64,000 nucleotides of DNA, taken from contig CAYXYY010000030.1 in the NCBI GenBank assembly GCA_964469495.1, positions 10,262-74,261 of the forward strand, in the 5' to 3' direction. The stretch is from an uncultured Planctomycetia bacterium (lineage in GTDB: Bacteria > Omnitrophota > Gorgyraeia > S143-82). Made by a program: the position numbers and the translations under genes. The notes beneath the pieces are model-generated. The model made no database searches, was not told the DNA's origin, and saw only the letters and a list, made by a program, of their open reading frames with translations. How positions within the stretch are numbered: the stretch's first letter is position 1; each line of letters opens with the position of its first letter. Of this stretch, positions 9,551-19,507 are shown piece by piece.

Positions 9551-10587
9551 ATCAATCCCTCTTTTTTAAATTTTTCAACAAACCACTTCACTGTCTCATA
9601 AAGCCCCTCTTCAAACTTAACCTGCGGGGCCCATTGTAAAACGGATCTTATCTTTGATATATCCATTGCATAACGCCAATCATGTCCCGGACGATCTTTT
9701 ACAAAAGTAATATTTCGGCTATACGTCCCTTTCGGTTTATCCATAATGGTGTCTAAAATAGAACATATCTCTTGCGCCACTTCTATGTTTTTTCTCTCGC
9801 TCTCACCGCCTATATTAAATGTTTCGCCGCTATTTGCCTCGTGAAAAACAACATCAATAGCCCGGCAATGGTCGTATACAAATAGCCAATCGCGCGTATT
9901 TAATCCCTTGCCGTAAATCGGTATGGGCTTCATCTGAATGGCCGTCCTGATTACAGTGGGAATGAATTTCTCCGTATGCTGAAACGGGCCGTAATTATTG
10001 GAACAGTTTGTAATAACCACGTCCATATTATAGGTATGATAATAACTGCGCGCCAGCATATCACTGCCAGCCTTAGAGGCGCTGTAAGGGGAATTAGGCG
10101 CATACGGCATCTCTTCCGTGAAAAGGCCGGTATCTCCTAATGTGCCATATACCTCATCTGTTGAGATATGATGGAAACGGCACCCCTCATATCCTGCCTT
10201 GTATCTTCCCGGGCACTGCATCCAATAGTTATAGGCAGAATCCAAAAGCACGTGAGTCCCAAGGACATTTGTCTTTACAAAAACGCCCGGGTTTTCTATG
10301 GAATTGTCAACGTGGGATTCCGCTGCAAAGTGAATCACCCCTCTGATGTCGTATTTTTCAAATAGATCTTGCACTAAGGCCCTGTCGCATATATCGCCTT
10401 TAACAAAGATATAATTCGGATCTTTTTCCACAGGCCTTAGGTTATTGATATCAGAGGCATACGTCAATAAGTCAAGATTGACAATCCTGTAATTATCATA
10501 CCTGCCCAGAAAATATAGGATAAAATTTGCGCCTATAAATCCTGCGCCTCCTGTTATTAATATGGTTTTCTTATCATTCAAAGACAT
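9547..10587 (-). CDS. rfbB: dTDP-glucose 4,6-dehydratase
   Basis: TGGAGFIG, HFAAESHVD, STDEVYG, SPYSASKA, DRPGHD. Confidence 0.97.
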   Translation of the reverse strand: MSLNDKKTILITGGAGFIGANFILYFLGRYDNYRIVNLDLLTYASDINNLRPVEKDPNYIFVKGDICDRALVQDLFEKYDIRGVIHFAAESHVDNSIENPGVFVKTNVLGTHVLLDSAYNYWMQCPGRYKAGYEGCRFHHISTDEVYGTLGDTGLFTEEMPYAPNSPYSASKAGSDMLARSYYHTYNMDVVITNCSNNYGPFQHTEKFIPTVIRTAIQMKPIPIYGKGLNTRDWLFVYDHCRAIDVVFHEANSGETFNIGGESERKNIEVAQEICSILDTIMDKPKGTYSRNITFVKDRPGHDWRYAMDISKIRSVLQWAPQVKFEEGLYETVKWFVEKFKKEGLI

Positions 10588-11125
10588 CGGCATTACTTAA
10601 CAGCGGAAGGGATTTATCCTTTTCAGATATTATCAACTCATTTACGTCAAAAGGCCAATCAATATTTATATCTTTATCATCAAAGCGGACGCCTCTATCG
10701 CTGTCTTTATTATAGTAATTATCCACTTTATATGCCACAACCGTCCCGTCTTTTAAGGCAACAAATCCATGGCCAAAACCACGCGGGATAAAAAGCTGCC
10801 GTTTGTTCTCTGAAGAAAGCTCCAGTCCAAACCATTTCCCAAAATTAGGGCTGGATTTTCTAAGGTCAACGGCAACGTCAAACACAGCACCGCACACGAC
10901 TCTGACCAGTTTTGCCTGCGCAAATGGCGGCAACTGGTAATGTATTCCGCGCAACACGCCCTTAGAGGAAAGGGATTCATTATCCTGCAAAAACCCATAA
11001 GAGCCTTTTAGAAGTTCTGCGAAAAACGACTTGCGGTACGTCTCCAAAAAATATCCACGTTCATCCTTATACACATCAGGCTCTATAATAAAAACCCCGC
11101 CTAAAGGTGTGCCTATTAATTTCAA
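10574..11125 (-). CDS. rfbC: dTDP-4-dehydrorhamnose 3,5-epimerase
   Basis: [36 protein letters not shown]. Confidence 0.96.
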   Translation of the reverse strand: MKLIGTPLGGVFIIEPDVYKDERGYFLETYRKSFFAELLKGSYGFLQDNESLSSKGVLRGIHYQLPPFAQAKLVRVVCGAVFDVAVDLRKSSPNFGKWFGLELSSENKRQLFIPRGFGHGFVALKDGTVVAYKVDNYYNKDSDRGVRFDDKDINIDWPFDVNELIISEKDKSLPLLSNADVFE

Positions 11126-12006
11126 ATCCCCTCCTTACTAACAACCTCTAACAGATACTGGCCGTAATCAGTGTTTGAGAGTTTTTCAATCAAACTCTTA
11201 AACCCGCTGAAATCTATCCAGCCATTTCTATAGGCTATCTCCTCTATACAACCTATCATAAGTCCTGTCTTGTTTTCTATTGTGGCAACGAATTTTCCTG
11301 CTTCCAAAAAACTCTCGTGAGTGCCTGCGTCAAACCACGCAAACCCGCGGCCAAGCAGTTTTACCCTTAATTGATTATTCTGAAGATACATAGAATTTAC
11401 AGACGTGATTTCTATTTCTCCCCTGTCAGACGGTAAAACCTTTTTTGCATAATTCACAGCATTTTTATCGTAAAAATACATACCAACAACTGCATAATTT
11501 GATTTCGGGTTGTCCGGTTTTTCTTCAATAGACAAGACATTGCCTTTATCGTCAAATTCAAGTATTCCAAAATTTCCCGGGTCCTTTACGTTATAACCGA
11601 ACACATAAGCCCCTTTGTTTTCCTCTATTTCCTTGCGCGCGCTCTGCATAAGATTAACCAAGTCATGGCCGAAAAACACGTTATCTCCCAACATATAACA
11701 AACGCTGTCTCCCTGAAGGAAATCTTCTGCCAATAAAAGCCCTTCAGCCAATCCCCTTGGTTTTGGCTGCTCTGCGTATTCTATGCGCATTCCCAAAGAA
11801 GAACCATCGGAAAACAACGACACAAAATCGGTTTTATCCTGCGGATTAACGATAAACAGAACATCCCTTATCCCGCACAACATCGCCAGTGAAAGCGGAT
11901 AATATATCATGGGTTTGTTGTAAATCGGCAACAGATGTTTATTTACCGCCACTGTCACAGGGGCGAGCCTGCTGCCTGTGCCCCCCGCTAATATTACAGC
12001 CTTCAT
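11122..12006 (-). CDS. rfbA: Glucose-1-phosphate thymidylyltransferase
   Basis: [43 protein letters not shown]. Confidence 0.96.
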   Translation of the reverse strand: MKAVILAGGTGSRLAPVTVAVNKHLLPIYNKPMIYYPLSLAMLCGIRDVLFIVNPQDKTDFVSLFSDGSSLGMRIEYAEQPKPRGLAEGLLLAEDFLQGDSVCYMLGDNVFFGHDLVNLMQSARKEIEENKGAYVFGYNVKDPGNFGILEFDDKGNVLSIEEKPDNPKSNYAVVGMYFYDKNAVNYAKKVLPSDRGEIEITSVNSMYLQNNQLRVKLLGRGFAWFDAGTHESFLEAGKFVATIENKTGLMIGCIEEIAYRNGWIDFSGFKSLIEKLSNTDYGQYLLEVVSKEGI

Positions 12007-12060
12007 ACCATCTCCTTTTTACGATTAAATCTGCAAAAAGTAAATTATATCACACAAAGT

Positions 12061-12858
12061 CTATTTTTTAGCAAAGATATCTTGATTAAGCCTGCCAAAG
12101 GAATCAAAACAGCTCTTTCTAGTAAATACGATTGTCATCAATACGCTAAATACCGTGCTTACCAATATAGCAGACATTATCATTATCTGATATTTGATGG
12201 CAACAACCGGGTCTGCGCCCCCCAAAATCACGCCTGTCATCATCCCCGGCAAAGAAACTATGCCCATCGTGGCCATTGCAGCAAGTGTTGGTTGCAAGGC
12301 AAGCCGCATACTCTCTTTTAAGAACGGCAATGTTGCCTCACTTACGGTTGCGCCGTTTGCAATCAAGAAGAGGTATTTCTTATAGTGTTCTTTTATGCCT
12401 TTATAAAACGACGATATGCCGACTATGCTTCCTCTAAGGGAATTGCCCAGCACCATCCCACCCAACACTATCAGATATCTTGCATCAAATATGAAATCCA
12501 ATCTAACCACAAATATATTCAAAAACAACACCACAAAAAACGTTGCTGTGAAAAAAGAGGCAAAGGCAGGCCACAATACATATTTCACGGATAAATAAGA
12601 CCGCCCTATGGCCGAGAAAACAGCGACTATAACCATCACTATAAGCCAAACTACGTTTATAAACGGGTTATTTAATTTGAATATATATACCAAGAATACT
12701 CCTATAAGCGCCAATTGCAAAGACATTCTCAAAAATGAAAAGATTATCTGTCTGACAAGGCCCAAGCCAAAACGAAGGCTCAAAAATATCGGGATACATA
12801 ACAGGCTGACAGCCAATAAAAGCGCCGGCAACGACAGATTAACGGTCTCTTGAGTCAT
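12061..12858 (-). CDS. fetB: UPF0014 / FetB-like ABC permease
   Basis: RMSLQL, GMVLGNS, MGIVSLPGMMTGVILGGADP..AIKYQI. Confidence 0.85.
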   Translation of the reverse strand: MTQETVNLSLPALLLAVSLLCIPIFLSLRFGLGLVRQIIFSFLRMSLQLALIGVFLVYIFKLNNPFINVVWLIVMVIVAVFSAIGRSYLSVKYVLWPAFASFFTATFFVVLFLNIFVVRLDFIFDARYLIVLGGMVLGNSLRGSIVGISSFYKGIKEHYKKYLFLIANGATVSEATLPFLKESMRLALQPTLAAMATMGIVSLPGMMTGVILGGADPVVAIKYQIMIMSAILVSTVFSVLMTIVFTRKSCFDSFGRLNQDIFAKK

Positions 12859-13480
12859 TTACTACCCCTATCTCTACGGCATTGGTAATCCCGCTATGCC
12901 AAACCTCATCATGAGATATAACCAGAACCGTCCAGTCCTTTTTAGACAAAAACAGGCCCGCTGTTTTTTCTTTTAATCGCTTATCCAAAAATGCGGTTGG
13001 CTCGTCTAATATAAAAACATCTCTGTTCAAGCTCAATAAGGACACTATGCCAATTCTCTGCCTCTGGCCTCCTGACAAATCCATTATATCTTTATCCATA
13101 ATAGACAAAGGTAGTCCAAAAAAATCAAACCAGTTTTTTATATCCCCCATCTTATCTCCCAAATGGTGGTTTACACTGAAAGAAAAAAGGAATTCAAACC
13201 ACCCCCTAACACTTAACTGTGGCAGCGATACGTCTTGATCAAGGTAAGCGCACAACCTGCGCACATTGCAGATGGTATCAGGCGAGAGCTCATTGCCATT
13301 AAACAAAACGCTTCCTTTATCTGCCAATTCAATACCTAAAATAATCCTAAACAAGGTGCTTTTACCCGCGCCTGAACCTCCTTTTATCAGGACCTTTCCG
13401 CCCTTTTCCACGAACAGATTGAAATCCTGTAATACGGGTTCTTTCTTATAACTCTTGTATAATGACCTGCACTCTATCAC
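12839..13480 (-). CDS. ABC ATP-binding protein (FetA-like)
   Basis: Walker A GGSGAGKST, signature LSGGQ, Walker B ILDEPT, H-loop SHD; overlaps the fetB-like gene. Confidence 0.88.
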   Translation of the reverse strand: MIECRSLYKSYKKEPVLQDFNLFVEKGGKVLIKGGSGAGKSTLFRIILGIELADKGSVLFNGNELSPDTICNVRRLCAYLDQDVSLPQLSVRGWFEFLFSFSVNHHLGDKMGDIKNWFDFFGLPLSIMDKDIMDLSGGQRQRIGIVSLLSLNRDVFILDEPTAFLDKRLKEKTAGLFLSKKDWTVLVISHDEVWHSGITNAVEIGVVNDSRDR

Positions 13481-14217
13481 CGTCTTTCCACCATCTTTTT
13501 GAGTTGCTCTATCTCTCTTTGCCTAAGCAATCTAAACTCACCTTCTTTAAGCCTGCCAAGTCTGATTGGCCCAAAGGCAACCCTCAACAAGTCAATAACA
13601 GGATAACCCAAAAGCGCAAACATACGCCTTATCTGCCTTTTTTTACCCTCTTTCATAAACAGGCGAACAACTGTATGGTTCATAGAGGCGCGTTCCACCC
13701 GCGCCTTGCACGGCAAACCCTTAAAATCCGGAAACTCAAACCCGCTCTCTATCTTAGCGATAGCCTCTATTGGCAACCGTCCTTTTACCTTTACAAGATA
13801 TTCCTTTGTTATGCCGTATTTAGGATGCAGGAGTTTGTGTATAATTTCGCCGTCATCCGTAAATAAAAGCAGGCCTCTGGTATCCTTGTCTAATCTGCCA
13901 ACCGGTTTTAATTTGATATACTCATCAGGCAATAAATCCATGACAATCCTTTTGGCAAACCTGTCTTTGAGTGTCGTCGTATATCCCGCTGGTTTGTTCA
14001 AGATGCCGTACTGCAAAGACGGCAAAGATAACGTCTTGCCCTGAAACTCTACGATATCTCCAACAGAGACCTTTATGCCTATCTGATCCCTCTTAACCCT
14101 TGTGCCGTTAAAAAAGATTTGGCCACTCTTTATTGGTTTATCTGCCTGCCTCCGGGAACAACCAATAGACTTTGCAACAAAGGCATTTAGTCTTAACGGT
14201 TTGGCCTTAACGCTCAT
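13477..14217 (-). CDS. rRNA pseudouridine synthase (RsuA/RluB family)
   Basis: S4 domain (RLNAFVA..SRRQAD), LNKPAG, catalytic VGRLDKDTRGLL, EGKKRQIRRM. Confidence 0.93.
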   Translation of the reverse strand: MSVKAKPLRLNAFVAKSIGCSRRQADKPIKSGQIFFNGTRVKRDQIGIKVSVGDIVEFQGKTLSLPSLQYGILNKPAGYTTTLKDRFAKRIVMDLLPDEYIKLKPVGRLDKDTRGLLLFTDDGEIIHKLLHPKYGITKEYLVKVKGRLPIEAIAKIESGFEFPDFKGLPCKARVERASMNHTVVRLFMKEGKKRQIRRMFALLGYPVIDLLRVAFGPIRLGRLKEGEFRLLRQREIEQLKKMVERR

Positions 14218-14223
14218 CGCAGC

Positions 14224-14928
14224 CTATCCCGTGCTCCTGAAAAGCGCCCAATCCCCCTCTTGCATAATATATTCCTTGCCTTCCAACTTCAATCTCCCTG
14301 ACTGCCTTACTGCGGAAAGGCTGCCCAACTCTATTATGTCGTCATATTTTGCAATCTCTGCCCTGACAAAACCACGGGCAATATCCGTGTGTATAATGCC
14401 TGCGCATTCATGGGCAGTCTGGCCCAGACGAAACATCCATGCATGGGAATCCTTCTCCCCAGCTGTAAAAAATATACCTCGTCCGAAAATAGCCCACCAC
14501 AAGTCAGGCAAATCAGAGATCTGCGCGTTGCTATCTTCAAGAACAATATACGGAAGCAGGCTGTATATGGGATATTCATTTAACCTGCCTGCCTCATCCT
14601 GCGAGATATCACCCTGTTTTATGCCGTCATACAACGGCCTTTCACTCTCAAGCAATGCCATTGCCTTCTCCAATAATGCCTTGTCCTGAGAGGCCTCTTT
14701 GAGCTTCCTGTCTATAAAATCCATATCGTCAACGATCAGGTCAAAGAGCGCTTCCTGACTGCATATAATGCCTTCGCATGTATTTATCCTATCCTTGCCA
14801 AGAAAAAATGCGGATGCCGGCACGATTTCCTTTGATTTAAAAATCCCCTTCAAGGCCTTTAACCGATCATCTGGTATCTTAACCTTATTTTTAGGGAAGT
14901 TATCCAATCCCAAAACCGCTATATTCAT
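14224..14928 (-). CDS. YchF-related DUF933/TGS protein lacking the P-loop
   Basis: C-terminal FFTAGE..AW..AGIIHTD.ARGFVRAE..GRLKLEGKEYIMQEGD; N-terminal PDDRL but no GxxxxGKS. Confidence 0.8.
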   Translation of the reverse strand: MNIAVLGLDNFPKNKVKIPDDRLKALKGIFKSKEIVPASAFFLGKDRINTCEGIICSQEALFDLIVDDMDFIDRKLKEASQDKALLEKAMALLESERPLYDGIKQGDISQDEAGRLNEYPIYSLLPYIVLEDSNAQISDLPDLWWAIFGRGIFFTAGEKDSHAWMFRLGQTAHECAGIIHTDIARGFVRAEIAKYDDIIELGSLSAVRQSGRLKLEGKEYIMQEGDWALFRSTG

Positions 14929-16643
14929 TTTGAGTTATCTCCTTTCTGCTCCCAAAAACTTACCACAGCCCTTAAACTTCCTGATGGACTATTATGCACA
15001 ATAAATCGCTCAAAGTAAAGCGTATCTGGATTGACCCATATGTTTATATAATCTCCATCCCTATCCTGAAATTTCAGGACTATCTTACCGTTATCCTTAA
15101 CAGATGCAATGAGTTTTGCGTTTGATAAAGCCCTGATAAGGCCTTGCAAAGAGAAGTTATCCAACATCTCCATCGCAGTTTTATACTGCGCGCTGTCTTT
15201 TTTTATCGGCGCTTGTCTTGAACCTTCTACTGAGAACAAATCATCTGCCTTGCGCCTGCAAGATATAAACAGGTATCCTGTGCCATCGAAGACCTTCCCC
15301 TGCATCTCCGCCTCTAAATCCGGCAAAAATTGGATAGAGGCCATTGCCTCTAATGCGCCGAATTGGCCTATTGGAATGGAAGAGTTTACCAATATAGCAT
15401 CTGCGCGATATCTCTTCCTGAAACGATTCGCATCTATAGCCTTTTGAATGTCTATTTCAGCGTTTGAACCATTCACCTCAAATCCGCCATACTCCAACGC
15501 CTTGATAAGCCAATCACCTGTTGTCTTAAGCTGAGAAAACATCTGTTTATCCACCCTTTGCAATACCAACATCTGATTACGCAAACAAGGGACATCCAGC
15601 CTATTTATACAATCCTGGGCAGTGACATAATATAAATAACCATCGTCAGGAGTATAGGATTTTAATCTTTGCAGCAGGCCCAAAAACTTGGCGCGCGAGT
15701 CTTTATCCTGCGGCATATCCGCATATACTCTGGCAAGAAGCCTGAGCATAGATATCTTGTGTTTTTTCCCATTAATGCGATTTAGATAAGACTCGCAAAT
15801 CTCTCTAACTTCTTTTGATTCCATTGCATTTGTTTCCAGCGACCACTTGGCGGAAGACTTGGCCACTATTCTTTTAAACTCCTTTGACTTATCGTCAATC
15901 CTGAGGCCCAACAAAAGCTGCCTGGCCGCCTCCTGTTTCTGGCGAGAACGAAAATCCCTGTCTTCGCCTTTAAGCATATCCAATAACTTAAGGTCTATAT
16001 CCTCATCTGAGACAATATGGCCTGACTTGTCCACCTTTATATCTAATTGCTTTAACAGATTCACAATACGTTTATCAGGATGGCCCCTATAATACACATA
16101 AAGCCTTGCAATACGTTGCGCCACTATATCATCGGAAAGCCACAGGTTTATAACCTTATGTACGATCTCTTTGTTCCCTGTGATAAAAAACTCTATCCAC
16201 AATACGTCCGGGTCCTGTTCAAAATCCGTAATATCTACCTTTTTTTGCGATTCAGCCTGTTTAATAACCTTTGCCCGCTCAGGGAACTCTTTTTTTAATT
16301 CAGCTAAGGCCTGCCTTGCCTGAAGGGTCCCTGCTTTACCCATTGCCAAAACCACCAAAGAAAATCCGGTTTTTGCAACCTTACGGGCCAAGTCCTTATA
16401 GTCTTTTGTCAAGTCAGGATATATCTGCAACATTCTTGCAAAACAATAAACCATAGGCATTATATCCCTGCCATTAAAAGCCCCTTTTTCCGCCTGACGG
16501 CACACTGCATTAAGCCCGGAAAGAACCTCAGATTTGTTCGGATTTTTATAAAATCCCCTTGGAAAGGCATTGCCAAAACCGCTATTAATAAATCCGAAGA
16601 AAATGGAAAACACCAACAAAAACACAAACCGTTTTTTAATCAT
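14925..16643 (-). CDS. Exported hypothetical protein (572 aa, helical core)
   Basis: N-terminal signal peptide; long ORF coupled to the downstream gene; no family recognised. Confidence 0.75.
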   Translation of the reverse strand: MIKKRFVFLLVFSIFFGFINSGFGNAFPRGFYKNPNKSEVLSGLNAVCRQAEKGAFNGRDIMPMVYCFARMLQIYPDLTKDYKDLARKVAKTGFSLVVLAMGKAGTLQARQALAELKKEFPERAKVIKQAESQKKVDITDFEQDPDVLWIEFFITGNKEIVHKVINLWLSDDIVAQRIARLYVYYRGHPDKRIVNLLKQLDIKVDKSGHIVSDEDIDLKLLDMLKGEDRDFRSRQKQEAARQLLLGLRIDDKSKEFKRIVAKSSAKWSLETNAMESKEVREICESYLNRINGKKHKISMLRLLARVYADMPQDKDSRAKFLGLLQRLKSYTPDDGYLYYVTAQDCINRLDVPCLRNQMLVLQRVDKQMFSQLKTTGDWLIKALEYGGFEVNGSNAEIDIQKAIDANRFRKRYRADAILVNSSIPIGQFGALEAMASIQFLPDLEAEMQGKVFDGTGYLFISCRRKADDLFSVEGSRQAPIKKDSAQYKTAMEMLDNFSLQGLIRALSNAKLIASVKDNGKIVLKFQDRDGDYINIWVNPDTLYFERFIVHNSPSGSLRAVVSFWEQKGDNSK

Positions 16644-16662
16644 CAGCCCTCCTTGTACAAGG

Positions 16663-17310
16663 TCATTTTTCTACTGTTAAATTATAAGGCAAAATCGGTA
16701 TGGCGCCTTTAATCAACACAGGCAACATATCTTCTTTGCGAAAAAATACAATCACCTTTTTGGGCCTGCTGGAAACCATAACAGAAGAAAACCTGCCTAT
16801 CCTCGTATTTATAACGCGGTCTTTACCGACTATTATCTCCAACAACTGTTTTGGCAGCTGCAGTTTCATCCCTGTTTGAGGCCTCTGCCCCTGCTGCCAC
16901 AATCTATAAATAAAGGCAAAGACGTTATCTATCGGCAATGATTGTTTAAGGGCCGCAATCTGTTTGCCATTCTTTGTGATGCGCACCTCCTTATCTGCAT
17001 AATTATAATCCTCTATAATCTCCTCAGACATGCCCAGATAGGTCAACTGGCGAAATATCTTGTAAGGATAAAGCGTTTTTTCATCTAAATATATGTCCTC
17101 TTTATCTTTTAACTGGGGCGTGCGCACCTCTACCTGAAGATGCTCACATTCAATTCCATCCAGACGCGTCTTGCCAAAGACATGCCATTTGGCCCGGCCT
17201 ATCCTTACCATACCTATTTTTACCACGTATGACAAATCCCTCTTTTCCACTGCATAACCCCTTCCCGGACAAAACAACAGAATCAAAAGAATAGATATCA
17301 ACCTACCCAT
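16663..17310 (-). CDS. Exported hypothetical protein (DUF3108-like, beta-rich)
   Basis: Signal peptide from MGRLIS; patterns YVVKIGMVRIG and TRIGRF. Confidence 0.6.
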   Translation of the reverse strand: MGRLISILLILLFCPGRGYAVEKRDLSYVVKIGMVRIGRAKWHVFGKTRLDGIECEHLQVEVRTPQLKDKEDIYLDEKTLYPYKIFRQLTYLGMSEEIIEDYNYADKEVRITKNGKQIAALKQSLPIDNVFAFIYRLWQQGQRPQTGMKLQLPKQLLEIIVGKDRVINTRIGRFSSVMVSSRPKKVIVFFRKEDMLPVLIKGAIPILPYNLTVEK

Positions 17311-17321
17311 AACCACCCCTT

Positions 17322-19316
17322 TCACCGACTGGTTAAATATATCCACCCCATTGCAACTAATAAAGAAACCACTCCAAAAACAACTGCCCTCCTGCTCCTA
17401 ACGGCAATCGGGCAATTAGGCAAAAATGCCAGTAAAACCGACCACAACACCACCAAATCAAACGACAACCTGATTTTCCCTGAATACAATAATGCCGCCA
17501 ACAATAAAAAAACTGCTTTACTGATAATCAAGGCGAGCGTAAATATTGATTTAACAGCAAAACTGTGTTGAAGAAAATCAACCCCCATCGGACGTATTTT
17601 CATCAAATAGGATATAATCCCGGCAACAAATGTCAAAACAAAAAATAACCAAAGTCCCGCTTTTCTTAAAAACGCGCTTACATATATAAATGCCTGGCCA
17701 AAAACAAAACCTGGTTTAGGCAAGGCATACGGAGGCAGGTCCATAACCAAAGGCCGGCCTTCCGCAGAAACATTATCAATGCGTTTATATAATAAAAGGG
17801 ACGATAAGATAGACAAAAGGATAAATGCCAATAACAATAATATCCTCTCCGGCATAGGCACACCTGCAATATAGAATATGCAACTCAATACCAATACCTT
17901 GCCTATGCAAATAAACTGCGGGGCAATAGATGTAGGGCAGGCTAATGGACAAACAGCTGATTTAAGGAGCTCCTGAAAAACAACACCATGAAAACCTATC
18001 CTGTGCAAGGCAGAATCCAAAAGAAAACCTATGCGTTTTATATAATTGCTCTGTTTAAAGCCTTCAAACAACACAAAACTAAACAATAAAAATGCGGAAA
18101 CCAAGAAAACCCCGCCGCCAGCGTAAACAAGGGCGCTTAATACGACAAATCCTGTTGAGGAAAGCCATTGGCATAAATTGCTAAACCCCGCAAACAAAAA
18201 AACGCCTGCCTCAAGCAGGGCAAAAACAGATGCAAACAAAAGGACAAACGCCATTGGCAAACCCAATACAGGATTCAAAAACAACGTATCCAACATCCGA
18301 GAAACAGAGATGCGCCTGCACATAGAAGAGCGCTCCACCTCGCGCAAAAGCCCGTTTACAAAACCAAAACGCGCTTCTTCAATTATTCTGCGCGCCTCTT
18401 TGCCAAACTTTGCTTCAACGCCATTTATAACCTTTTCTCTTTCCATTAACAACTTAGGCAACAAGGTATCCTTGACGTTTGAAAAAACAATAGGGCAATT
18501 TTCCTTATCTTCCAAACAAAAAAGGACAAACGGATATGCCATCTTTCCAACCGATTCAGAAACTGCCAAAAGCATTGGCGATAACAGCTTGACAAATTCA
18601 TCTGATAGAGGGAATAAAGGATAATTATCCACATCGCAGGAAACAATAGCCTGAAGAGCTATATCCCAAAACACGCAATTATCCGTTATACGATTTGCGT
18701 CAAAAACCTTAACTCGCAACAATCGGGAAAGGGCATCAATATCTATCTCCTTACACTCCTCGATTAACCCGGATATCACGATAAAAAATCTAACGCGGGC
18801 CTGTAAAAATACCGCGGCTGTTGTGATACCCGCAAACATATCCTTATAATCAAAATACAAGACAAATCCCTCAAACCGGCCGTCAAAGAAGTTTTGCAAC
18901 CGGCCGCTCAATGAGGCCTTCCCTGAAAACGAGGCCCTTCCTAAAAACTCACATGAAAGCATATTATTATTCGTGCGAAGACAAGAACTGCCAATACCAT
19001 TTCCAAGCAAGGAATCAAAATTATCAACATCAACTCTGCCAACGGTAAATAACCCTAAACGAACAGAATTATCTTTAGATAAGGGCCTGACAATAACGTG
19101 CCGGGACAATCCAGCTCCTATCGCAAACCTGTCTGCGCCTACCTCCACCTTAAACGGGCCGCCGCCTCCCATCTTATTCAAGAGAACCAATTGCGCGCCC
19201 GGAACAATGCCCATATCCGACAACCTAAGCTGCGCTTGCCTTCCGCAAGAGATCCTCACCACATAAAGAGGCACACCGATAGGCGCATCAGCAAGGGTGG
19301 TAATATCTCTTTCCAT
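17322..19316 (-). CDS. FeoA-FeoB fusion with degenerate GTPase domain
   Basis: N-terminal FeoA (RLSDMGIVPG, GPFKV..RFAIG); FeoB-like IDIDALSRLL, EARFGF, LDTLFLNPVLGLP, YIKRIGFLLD..LHRIGFHG, MDLPPYALP; no G1/G3/G4 motifs. Confidence 0.75.
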   Translation of the reverse strand: MERDITTLADAPIGVPLYVVRISCGRQAQLRLSDMGIVPGAQLVLLNKMGGGGPFKVEVGADRFAIGAGLSRHVIVRPLSKDNSVRLGLFTVGRVDVDNFDSLLGNGIGSSCLRTNNNMLSCEFLGRASFSGKASLSGRLQNFFDGRFEGFVLYFDYKDMFAGITTAAVFLQARVRFFIVISGLIEECKEIDIDALSRLLRVKVFDANRITDNCVFWDIALQAIVSCDVDNYPLFPLSDEFVKLLSPMLLAVSESVGKMAYPFVLFCLEDKENCPIVFSNVKDTLLPKLLMEREKVINGVEAKFGKEARRIIEEARFGFVNGLLREVERSSMCRRISVSRMLDTLFLNPVLGLPMAFVLLFASVFALLEAGVFLFAGFSNLCQWLSSTGFVVLSALVYAGGGVFLVSAFLLFSFVLFEGFKQSNYIKRIGFLLDSALHRIGFHGVVFQELLKSAVCPLACPTSIAPQFICIGKVLVLSCIFYIAGVPMPERILLLLAFILLSILSSLLLYKRIDNVSAEGRPLVMDLPPYALPKPGFVFGQAFIYVSAFLRKAGLWLFFVLTFVAGIISYLMKIRPMGVDFLQHSFAVKSIFTLALIISKAVFLLLAALLYSGKIRLSFDLVVLWSVLLAFLPNCPIAVRSRRAVVFGVVSLLVAMGWIYLTSR

Positions 19317-19507
19317 TAATCCACCTTATAAAATCTATCCTGAGAACCATACGGCGAGATCTTAAACTCCACCTTCTTACAACACTTCGGGCAAAAACCG
19401 ACATATGCACTGCGGGCATTGTTTAAATAAATGCGCTGATAGACATTGCAACAGTCAAATATAATACCAATAAACGCGCGCTTTGACTTGGGCCTATGAC
19501 TATTCAT
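19316..19507 (-). CDS. Small Cys-rich hypothetical protein (possible Zn ribbon)
   Basis: FDCCNVYQRIY...YVGFCPKC; overlaps the panB stop and the feoA-feoB start. Confidence 0.65.
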   Translation of the reverse strand: MNSHRPKSKRAFIGIIFDCCNVYQRIYLNNARSAYVGFCPKCCKKVEFKISPYGSQDRFYKVD

